From: Clostridiaceae bacterium
GTDB lineage: Bacteria > Bacillota > Clostridia > Oscillospirales > Butyricicoccaceae
Direction of reading: 5' to 3'
NCBI GenBank assembly: GCA_034933145.1
Contig: JAYFOA010000068.1
Span: 1 to 12,363, forward strand
DNA: 12,363 bases
Shown: positions 6,363 through 12,363 of the stretch, piece by piece
Numbering within the stretch: the stretch's first letter is position 1
Layout: each line of letters starts with the position of its first letter
Made by a program: the position numbers and the translations under genes
The notes under the pieces: generated by a model
Database searches by the model: none
What the model saw: only the letters and a program-made list of their open reading frames with translations
What the model was told of the DNA's origin: nothing

Positions 6363-7744
6363 AAATGCCGCACCGCCTGAAAACGGGAAAGTTCTACATC
6401 CTCCCGCAGGCCGATGCCGGCCTTCTGCCTGCAGATGGCAATCTGTTCCTCCACGGTATCGACGCCCTCCAAATCGGGCAGCAGTAGCCCCCGGCGTGTA
6501 CCGCGAGACACGATGACGCCGTACTTTTTCGGGTCAAGCTCGGTTTCTGAGGAAACCGGCTCCGGCGCGGTCAGCACGTCAACGCTATAAACGAGTTTCG
6601 GCAGTTCCGCCGCCGTCACGGGCGGAAACCGGGGATCCTCCGTCCCGGCGGAGACGGCATTGCGCAGGATCTCTTTTGCCAGGATAGACTCCGTCGGTGC
6701 AAACGTACCGATGCAGCCGCGCAGCAGGCCGTCTTTTTTCAATGAAACAAAGGCTCCGGCTCTTTGTGTCAGCAGTTCCGGCGGCAGCTGATCGGGCATC
6801 TCGGCCCGTTTCCCCGTGCGGACATAGGTTTCCAACGACAGCCGCGCCAGTCGGACGTAGGGATCTTCCTTCGCCTTGCTGCGCGCCAGCATCGCTGCTT
6901 CCTCCGCTTCCAGCGCCGCGCCGAACTGCCTTCTGGCATCCTCACCCGCCGGCAGAAAGACCGCCGTGGCATAGCCGACGCCGAAGGGGCCTTCATAGGA
7001 CAGCAGCTCGCTTTTTACCTTTTTTCCGTCCATCGTGCCAGCCATAATCTGAAAGGCACGCAAGCCACATTCGCCCGCTGCATCGCAAAATGCAGGGGAA
7101 AGGTGCAGCAGCGCGCCGAAATCTCCGGCCGCAAGTGCCTCTGTCACGAGCCGATCGAAGACCGGCCCTTCGGGCGCGAAACCGTAGGGCCCATCCTCCG
7201 CCAGCCGATGGGAAAGATCGCCGCTGGCGATGATCGCCGTCCTGCGGGAAAGCTTCTCCGACACCTCCGCGATGCATTTCCCCAATGCATAATGAGTTAC
7301 CGGCGGCAGGCCGGACAGACCAATACGCACAATCCGGCAGGTAAGTCCCGTTTCGCCCAGAAAGCGCAGAGGGATCACCGAAGCGTGGTCCAGCGAGGCA
7401 TTCCGTTCCCCCTGGGTGCCGGCGGGTACATCCTTTTCCGCACACAGCCGAGACAGCGCCTGCGTAAACTCCGCGTCGTAGGACGCCTCCACCCGCACGC
7501 CCGGAACCCCAAACTGCGAAAGATCGCCCCATGCCCTCACGCCCGGGGAAATGTGGAACCAGTCCGCATACATCACCGCATGGGGGCTGAGCAGCACAAC
7601 CGTATCCGGCCGAAGCTCCGCCAAGCGCATCATCGCTGTGCGATAGGCGTCGATGGTTTTCTGAATTTTCTTTTCCTCTCCCCGGCCGACTTCCGGCAGG
7701 ATAAGCGGCGGATGGGGCACCGCAATCGCGCCCAGAACAGACAT
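6359..7744 (-). CDS. Fusion protein: N-terminal Memo/LigB-type (class III extradiol dioxygenase-like) domain + C-terminal AMMECR1 domain
   Basis: 461-aa protein. The N-terminal ~270 aa (MSVLGAIAVPHPPLILPEV..., LLSPHAVMYADW, IIASGDLSH) resemble the Memo/LigB superfamily (compare Memo APHAGYTY and SSDFCH). The C-terminal ~190 aa carry the AMMECR1 hallmark LRGCIG (…AFVSLKKDGLLRGCIGTFAPT…). Strong RBS AAGGGAGGA. Coupled to the radical SAM gene by a 4-nt overlap. Confidence 0.85.
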   Translation of the reverse strand: MSVLGAIAVPHPPLILPEVGRGEEKKIQKTIDAYRTAMMRLAELRPDTVVLLSPHAVMYADWFHISPGVRAWGDLSQFGVPGVRVEASYDAEFTQALSRLCAEKDVPAGTQGERNASLDHASVIPLRFLGETGLTCRIVRIGLSGLPPVTHYALGKCIAEVSEKLSRRTAIIASGDLSHRLAEDGPYGFAPEGPVFDRLVTEALAAGDFGALLHLSPAFCDAAGECGLRAFQIMAGTMDGKKVKSELLSYEGPFGVGYATAVFLPAGEDARRQFGAALEAEEAAMLARSKAKEDPYVRLARLSLETYVRTGKRAEMPDQLPPELLTQRAGAFVSLKKDGLLRGCIGTFAPTESILAKEILRNAVSAGTEDPRFPPVTAAELPKLVYSVDVLTAPEPVSSETELDPKKYGVIVSRGTRRGLLLPDLEGVDTVEEQIAICRQKAGIGLREDVELSRFQAVRHL

Positions 7745-7758
7745 GTGAGTCCTCCCTT

Positions 7759-8229
7759 TCAGTCAATCAGTTCGGTCAGTGTTGCATGTGCGTAGGCGAT
7801 CAACTGCTCCGGTGGCAGAATAAGCTGCAAGCCGCGCTGTCCGGCGCTGACCGCGATTTCAGCCCACAGTGCGGCGGTTTCGTCCATATAGGTCGGCAAT
7901 TTTTTCTTCATCCCGATGGGCGAGCAGCCGCCGCGAAGATAGCCGGTCAACGGAAGCAGTTCTTTCAGATGAATCAGCTCCACCTTCTTGTTGCCCGAAG
8001 CCGCGGCCGCACGCCGAAGATCGAGTTCTTCCGCCACCGGAATACAAAAAACCAGCGGCCCGGTTTTATCCCCGCGGGCGACCAGCGTCTTAAACACCTG
8101 CTCCGGCGGCATCCCGATCGCCGCCGCCGCGTGAACACCGGACAAGTCGTTTTCATCATATGCATATTCCGCCGTGCGGTAAGTGATCTTTTCCGCATCC
8201 AGCAGGCGCATGGCATTGGTTCTGACCAT
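7759..8229 (-). CDS. ybaK: YbaK/ProX-family aminoacyl-tRNA deacylase (Cys-tRNA(Pro) deacylase-like)
   Basis: 157-aa protein starting at MVRTNAMRLLDAEKI, with RBS AGAGGTGA upstream. The block KKVELIHLKELLPLTGYLRGGCSPIGMKKKLPTYMDETAA aligns with E. coli YbaK [39 protein letters not shown]. The ORF-track N-terminal extension to 8430 has no RBS or homology. The stop lies 14 nt before the next gene's start. Confidence 0.85.
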   Translation of the reverse strand: MVRTNAMRLLDAEKITYRTAEYAYDENDLSGVHAAAAIGMPPEQVFKTLVARGDKTGPLVFCIPVAEELDLRRAAAASGNKKVELIHLKELLPLTGYLRGGCSPIGMKKKLPTYMDETAALWAEIAVSAGQRGLQLILPPEQLIAYAHATLTELID

Positions 8230-8254
8230 GAAATCACCTCTATTCTTTACGATT

Positions 8255-8290
8255 ATTATAGCACAAATCCACTGTCGGAAAACGAAAAGC
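8255..8290 (-). promoter_or_regulatory. Candidate promoter of the ybaK-Memo/AMMECR1-rSAM operon (extended -10 TGcTATAAT)
   Basis: Minus-strand ...ttccgacagtggatttgTGcTATAATaatcg gives a perfect -10 with a TG motif (plus 8255-8263). The -35 is weak (TTTTCC/TCGTTT). It lies about 25 nt upstream of the ybaK ATG. Confidence 0.45.
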
Positions 8291-8462
8291 TGACGCCGCC
8301 GACCTCCCCTGCTGTGCCTCTCGGTAAGCAGGAACATGTGCCGCTTTTCTTCTCCGCCCCATTTGCCGACCGGTATCTCAAAAGTACCGAACAACAGGTG
8401 GATACATACGCATTTCCCATGAAAAGGCAACCACCGGTTGACAAAATAACAGGCCGAGCTGA

Positions 8463-8491
8463 TAGACAGCCGCCCTCGTTTCCCTTATACT
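8463..8491 (+). promoter_or_regulatory. Candidate sigma-A promoter for the XRE-family membrane protein (TAGACA -17- TATACT)
   Basis: TAGACA at 8463-8468, a 17-nt spacer, then TATACT at 8486-8491. Also a perfect TTGACA at 8438-8443 with a poorer -10 partner. RBS AGGGAGGA at 8504-8511 precedes the ATG at 8516. Confidence 0.35.
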
Positions 8492-8515
8492 GAAGGCAGC
8501 AAGGGAGGAACGGAA

Positions 8516-9787
8516 ATGAGCATTGGCAGCCGGATCGCCGAGATCCGAAAAAACAGCAGACTGTCGCAGGAGGCGTTCGGCGCCTCTCTTGACGTTTCCC
8601 GGCAGGCGATATCCAAATGGGAGTCCGACCAGAGCCTTCCGGATGTGGAAAAGCTGATCTCCATAGGACGCATCTATGGCGTTTCCATCGGCTGGATTCT
8701 GGGAATGGAAGAAGAAAAAGCTCCAACCGGAGAGCTTACCGAGGAACAGATGCGCATGGTAAAAGAGATCGTGCGGCAGTATATCGAGGCGCTTCCCAAA
8801 CCAGGCGTGGGCGCAGATCATGATCACGAAAAAAAACACTCATGGCTGCAGCGGCGGCTCCCGCTTCTGTCGGCCCTTCTGATTATTGCACTGATCCTTT
8901 GGTGCGGTCAGATCTCCGGCAGACTCCGGGATATGCGGTCGCAGCAGAATAACCTTCTCAATGATATCAACGGTATTCGCTATTCTGTCGACGACCAGAT
9001 CAGCGGTATTGCAAACCGGGTGGAAGATATTCTGAAGGCGCAGAACTCCCTCCTGGCGGACTATTCCGCGGAGGTTTCATCCACGGATCTGCGTGCGGGG
9101 ACGATCAGCTTTTCCGTAAGCGCCGTTCCCAAAACTTATACCCCGGGTATGAAGGTCGAATTCGTCGCAGATGACGGTGCTCAGCCGGTTACCGTCGTCG
9201 GATCAGAGGGGGCCGGACACACATTTTCGGCATCGGTCACCTGTGGATTGACCGATGGCATTTCGCTCTCCGCGGTACTGCAGGAGGACGGCAAAGCACA
9301 GACACAGCTGCTGGATACCTACCAAAATCGCCTGGATGACAGCTATCTGATTCTCTCAAGCGAGTATATTTCCGGAACGCTTTGGAGCGAAACGCCGGAA
9401 ACGCTGACGCGCAGCCCCGAAATCGCAACCGATGTGTATTTTGCAAATGCCCAGAAAGTAGAAAAATCCTCGGAAAGCCTTACGGCAGAGGCCGTCAAAA
9501 TCTGCCTGTTCGTCAATGGCGAAAAGGCCGCGGAAACTGCCGGCAGCCCGATACCCGAAGCCGCCGGTTCTGCGGAGGGTGAAGGCTCCTATGGCTTTCA
9601 CCTGAAGATTCCAACGGACTTTGCCGCGACGCTGCAGGAGGGGGATGAAGTGGTGGTCGCCATCGTCGCCACAGACAGCTGCGGCAGAAGCTATTGCGTT
9701 TCTTCTTCTTCTTATGCATTAAAAAATGGAATGCTTGATTTCGTTTCGGCGCGCAATGTATGGGATCGCACCCTGGGCGTAGACTAA
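8516..9787 (+). CDS. Membrane-anchored XRE (Cro/C1-type) HTH transcriptional regulator with an uncharacterized extracytoplasmic C-terminal domain
   Basis: 423-aa protein. The N-terminus IAEIRKNSRLSQEAFGASLDVSRQAISKWESDQSLPDVEKLISIGRIYGVSIGWILG is a canonical HTH_3 domain. A single predicted TM helix LPLLSALLIIALILWCGQI follows at about residue 115-135. After it comes a ~290-aa Ser/Thr/Asp-rich domain with no motif I recognise. Confidence 0.8.
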   Translation: MSIGSRIAEIRKNSRLSQEAFGASLDVSRQAISKWESDQSLPDVEKLISIGRIYGVSIGWILGMEEEKAPTGELTEEQMRMVKEIVRQYIEALPKPGVGADHDHEKKHSWLQRRLPLLSALLIIALILWCGQISGRLRDMRSQQNNLLNDINGIRYSVDDQISGIANRVEDILKAQNSLLADYSAEVSSTDLRAGTISFSVSAVPKTYTPGMKVEFVADDGAQPVTVVGSEGAGHTFSASVTCGLTDGISLSAVLQEDGKAQTQLLDTYQNRLDDSYLILSSEYISGTLWSETPETLTRSPEIATDVYFANAQKVEKSSESLTAEAVKICLFVNGEKAAETAGSPIPEAAGSAEGEGSYGFHLKIPTDFAATLQEGDEVVVAIVATDSCGRSYCVSSSSYALKNGMLDFVSARNVWDRTLGVD

Positions 9788-9796
9788 ATATACTGA

Positions 9797-9838
9797 TGCA
9801 AAGGCAAAGGCCGCCGATTGGCGGCCTTTGCCTTTGCA
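9797..9838. terminator. Bidirectional terminator between the convergent XRE gene and the GAPDH gene
   Basis: tgcaaaggcaaaggccgcc-gatt-ggcggcctttgcctttgca forms a perfect 19-bp stem with a 4-nt loop. A TTTT run flanks it on the minus-strand side and AAAA on the plus side. It sits exactly between two convergent stop codons (9787 and 9896). Confidence 0.7.
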
Positions 9839-9895
9839 AAACCATAGACTGTGCTCTGACAAGCCGCAGCTGCGGCCAGGAAGGCATTTCCGAGG

Positions 9896-10912
9896 CTATT
9901 TCCCCACGCCGTCACAGGCGGCCATGTGGGCGATCAGCCGGGTCACGTTGGCGGAATATCCGTACTCGTTGTCGTACCAGGCAACCAGTTTTACAAAGGT
10001 ATCGTCCAGGGCGATCCCTGAGGCAGCGTCGAAAATACAGCCGTGGGAATTGCTGATGAGATCGGAAGAAACGACCGGCCATTCGGCATAGGAGACATAG
10101 TCTGCCAGGTCACCATCTGCAGCTTTTTTAACCGCAGCGCAGATCTGTTCATAGGTGGCGGGGGTCTTCAGTTCCACCGTCAGGTCGACTACCGACACGT
10201 CGGGAACCGGCACCCGGAATGCCATTCCGGTCAGTTTGCCGGCCAGCGAGGGCAGCACCTTCCCGACGGCCTTTGCCGCGCCGGTGCTGGAGGGAATGAT
10301 ATTGGAATAGGCGGCACGTCCGGCCCGCGGGTCCTTTTTGGACGGTCCGTCCACCGTCGGCTGGGAAGAAGTGACGGCATGGACGGTGGTCATCAGCCCC
10401 CGCCGGATGCCGAAAGCCTCATCCACAATCTTTGCCAGCGGCGCCAGACAGTTGGTGGTGCAGGAAGCGTTGGACACGATGGCCTGCCCCTGATAGGCAT
10501 CCTGATTGACGCCCATGACGAACATCGGCGTGTCATCTTTCGGCGGTGCGGTGATAACCACATGTTTTGCCCCGCCGGCCAGATGGGCGCCGGCCTGTTC
10601 CGCTGTGAGAAACACGCCGGTGGCCTCCACTACATAGTCCGCTCCCATCTGCCCCCACGGCACCTGTCCCGGCTCACGGCTGGCAAAGCAGGGAATGCGG
10701 CGGCCGTCGATGGTAATAAAATCGTCACCATAGCCGATTTCCCGGCCCAGCGGCCCATGCACGCTGTCATGGGACAGCAGATAGGCAATGGTTTCGGGCT
10801 TTAAAAACGGATCGTTGATGGCGGCAACCCAAAGGTTGTCCAGGGAAATCGCTGCGCGGACGACCAGCCGTCCGATACGGCCGAAGCCGTTGATCCCGAT
10901 TAGAGGTCTCAT
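9896..10912 (-). CDS. gap: Glyceraldehyde-3-phosphate dehydrogenase, type I
   Basis: 338-aa protein with the NAD-binding motif INGFGRIGR, the active-site motif [12 protein letters not shown] and the C-terminal WYDNEYGYS. These are textbook GAPDH signatures. The Asp in VAAINDPF suggests an NAD-preferring enzyme. Confidence 0.9.
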   Translation of the reverse strand: MRPLIGINGFGRIGRLVVRAAISLDNLWVAAINDPFLKPETIAYLLSHDSVHGPLGREIGYGDDFITIDGRRIPCFASREPGQVPWGQMGADYVVEATGVFLTAEQAGAHLAGGAKHVVITAPPKDDTPMFVMGVNQDAYQGQAIVSNASCTTNCLAPLAKIVDEAFGIRRGLMTTVHAVTSSQPTVDGPSKKDPRAGRAAYSNIIPSSTGAAKAVGKVLPSLAGKLTGMAFRVPVPDVSVVDLTVELKTPATYEQICAAVKKAADGDLADYVSYAEWPVVSSDLISNSHGCIFDAASGIALDDTFVKLVAWYDNEYGYSANVTRLIAHMAACDGVGK

Positions 10913-10999
10913 ATCAGATGCCCCCTATTAAAATAAATGTAAATTTTCCATATTTTGTTCAAAATAGCGTATCACATACCTATGGCAAAGTCAAGCGCC

Positions 11000-11028
11000 G
11001 TTGACTTCCCAAAACGGATATGATAGAC
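11000..11028 (+). promoter_or_regulatory. Candidate sigma-A promoter driving the cobalamin riboswitch / SBP transcript (TTGACT -17- TAGACT)
   Basis: TTGACT at 11000-11005, a 17-nt spacer, then TAGACT at 11023-11028. It lies upstream of the riboswitch-like leader. Confidence 0.45.
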
Positions 11029-11084
11029 TGTGGATACAAATGAACAGCGAGCGTATCCGCACCTGACCGTGCCGGCGTGAAAGC

Positions 11085-11353
11085 GCCGAGGGAATCGGAT
11101 GAAAATTCCGAGCTGTCCCAGTAACCGTGAAGCGGACGAATGGGAATTACGCCACTGCCGAACCGCGATCGCCCTCCGGCGGTCGTTTTGGCGGGAAGGC
11201 CCCAGGAGAATGATGCCAAGCCGGGAGACCTGTTTACGCGTCGGCAGCCGCCGTATGGATTTTCAATCCGTCCGGCCGCTGCCTGGGACCTCTGGGTTTG
11301 GGCATGGCTAAAAGCGAATGTCCGCAGCGCTGCTGCGGTCGTTACGCGTGTTT
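11085..11353 (+). ncRNA. Cobalamin (AdoCbl/B12) riboswitch
   Basis: Conserved elements are present: GGGAAucGGaUGaAAAUuCC...GCuGuCCC at 11090-11125, GCCACUG at 11151-11157, GGGAAGGC at 11194-11201 and the B12-box AAGCCGGGAGACCUG at 11217-11231. It is upstream of a BtuF-like binding-protein gene and is followed by an intrinsic terminator. The boundaries are approximate. Confidence 0.65.
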
Positions 11354-11354
11354 G

Positions 11355-11384
11355 AGCCGCTCCCCATGGGGAGCGGTTTTATTA
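11355..11384 (+). terminator. Intrinsic terminator (expression platform of the cobalamin riboswitch)
   Basis: agccgctcccc-at-ggggagcggtt forms a 9-11-bp GC-rich stem. It is followed by TTTTATTAATAAT and lies about 55 nt upstream of the SBP start codon. Confidence 0.7.
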
Positions 11385-11440
11385 ATAATCCCGTCCCTTC
11401 CGCTTCTTCATTTGAATTTTACCGAAAGGGGTCTTCTGTA

Positions 11441-12363
11441 ATGAAGCCCGCAAAAATTCTCGCACTTCTGCTCTCCTTCGCAATGCTCCTGTCTTTTGCC
11501 GCCTGTGCAAAGCCGAACGAAACGCCGGCACCCGCCGATACCTCGGTCGACGTAACCGACATGACCAAGCGCCAGGTTAAGCTGGACGCCCCCGCGACCA
11601 AGGTTGTTGCGCTTGACGCCGCCGACTGTGAAATTCTCTATGCCCTCGGCGCCGGTGATACGCTGGTCGGCCGCGGCGAATACTGCGACTATCCGGAAAC
11701 CGTGGCGGATATTTCCTCTGTCCAGTCCGGCTCGGAGACCAATATTGAGCAGATCATCGCGCTGGAGCCTCAGGTGGTCATTATGAGCACGATGGATCAG
11801 ACGACCGAACAGGAAGAGGCGCTGGAAAACGCCGGCATCCGCGTTGCCGTCACCGACGCCCAGACAATCTCCGACGTCTATGAGGCCATTCGGCTGATTG
11901 GCGCGCTGGTCGGCAAAAACGACGAAGCCGGTACGCTGGTGCTGAATATGGGCAAAACCTTTGCCGACATTCAGGACAAGGTGGACAGCGACGGTGAAAA
12001 GACCGTCTATTTTGAGGTTTCACCCCTTCAGTACGGCCTCTGGACTGCCGGCAGCGGTACGTTCATGGACGAGCTTGCCACGCTGTTGGGCGTCAAAAAC
12101 GCTTTTGCCGACGTAGAGGGCTGGGCTGAGATCTCCGAAGAGCAGGTGTTGGAACGCGACCCCGACTATATTGTCACGATCGCGATGTATTATGGTGAGG
12201 GCCAGACGCCTGTGGAAGAGATCATGTCCCGCACAGGCTGGGAAAACCTCAAGGCCATCAAAAGCGGCGATGTATTCAATGCCGATACCAACCAGGTTGC
12301 CCGGCCCGGCCCGCGTCTGACCGACGGCGCGCAGGCCCTGTATGACTTCTTTTACGGCGAATA
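11441..12363 (+). CDS. ABC transporter substrate-binding lipoprotein, BtuF/TroA-like (cobalamin/siderophore-type periplasmic binding protein); 3' end beyond window
   Basis: RBS AAAGGGG, ATG at 11441. It has a signal peptide with lipobox MKPAKILALLLSFAMLLSFAAC. The following segments KVVALDAADCEILYALGAGDTLVGRGEYCDYPE and PDYIVTIAMYYGEGQTP and the C-terminal ARPGPRLTDGAQAL are typical of PF01497 class III binding proteins. The ORF is open to the end of the window. The upstream B12 riboswitch supports a role in corrinoid uptake. Confidence 0.8.
   Translation, partial: MKPAKILALLLSFAMLLSFAACAKPNETPAPADTSVDVTDMTKRQVKLDAPATKVVALDAADCEILYALGAGDTLVGRGEYCDYPETVADISSVQSGSETNIEQIIALEPQVVIMSTMDQTTEQEEALENAGIRVAVTDAQTISDVYEAIRLIGALVGKNDEAGTLVLNMGKTFADIQDKVDSDGEKTVYFEVSPLQYGLWTAGSGTFMDELATLLGVKNAFADVEGWAEISEEQVLERDPDYIVTIAMYYGEGQTPVEEIMSRTGWENLKAIKSGDVFNADTNQVARPGPRLTDGAQALYDFFYGE

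Noticed and set aside
6764-7795. 343-aa plus-strand ORF, and the 6993..7766 minus-strand out-of-frame ORF, over the Memo/AMMECR1 gene
   Set aside because: The translations are Arg/Pro/Gly-rich nonsense with no recognisable domains. The Memo-AMMECR1 frame has a strong RBS and conserved motifs.
8230-8430. N-terminal extension of ybaK to 8430 (223-aa track ORF)
   Set aside because: The extension (MPFHGKCVCIHLLFG...) has no homology. The YbaK alignment and RBS AGAGGTGA support the start at 8229, and the upstream sequence carries a clear TGnTATAAT promoter.
7786-8493. 235-aa plus-strand ORF, and the 8256..8839 minus ORFs, spanning ybaK and the divergent intergenic region
   Set aside because: These overlap the well-supported ybaK CDS in antisense or extend through a promoter-bearing intergenic region. 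They have no RBS and no homology.
9797-9838. Possible CRISPR repeat or mobile-element terminal inverted repeat suggested by the perfect 19-bp palindrome
   Set aside because: It is a single occurrence with no spacer-repeat periodicity and no transposase nearby. Its position between convergent stop codons makes it an intrinsic bidirectional terminator.
10043-10804. 253-aa plus-strand ORF antisense to GAPDH
   Set aside because: GAPDH on the minus strand is unambiguous ([12 protein letters not shown]). The antisense ORF has low-complexity Gly/Arg content.
10980-11355. Small ORFs (10980..11219 -, 11099..11311 +, 11140..11355 +) upstream of the binding-protein gene
   Set aside because: The region carries the cobalamin riboswitch signature elements and a terminator, so these are non-coding leader RNA.

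Overview
The window looks like chromosomal DNA from a high-GC, spore-forming Firmicute (Clostridia-like). The evidence is an alpha/beta-type SASP gene, AGGAGG-type ribosome-binding sites (RBSs) and sigma-A-like promoters. Gene content, left to right (all coordinates 1-based, + strand):
- The 5' end of metK on the minus strand, preceded by a SAM-I (S-box) riboswitch with its own terminator/antiterminator.
- Two tandem paralogous M55 D-aminopeptidase (DppA-family) genes on the plus strand.
- A small acid-soluble spore protein gene with a sigma-G-like promoter.
- A minus-strand cluster: putative DUF1836/MerR-like HTH protein, NfeD, flotillin (FloT/YuaG-like). nfeD and floT are translationally coupled.
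- A minus-strand operon: ybaK (Cys-tRNA(Pro) deacylase-like), then a fused Memo/LigB-like + AMMECR1 protein, then the AmmeMemoRadiSam-type radical SAM enzyme. All three are tightly coupled. This is the most interesting system in the window. The family is known only computationally and has no assigned function. Here it appears with a B-A fusion and a tRNA-editing partner gene.
- A divergently transcribed, membrane-anchored XRE-family HTH protein with an unknown extracytoplasmic domain.
- A perfect 19-bp-stem bidirectional terminator.
- A stand-alone type-I GAPDH gene on the minus strand.
- A cobalamin riboswitch with a terminator, upstream of the 5' part of a BtuF-like ABC substrate-binding lipoprotein.
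There are no CRISPR arrays, mobile elements or rRNA/tRNA genes. Many long antisense 'shadow' ORFs, typical of GC-rich DNA, are rejected.
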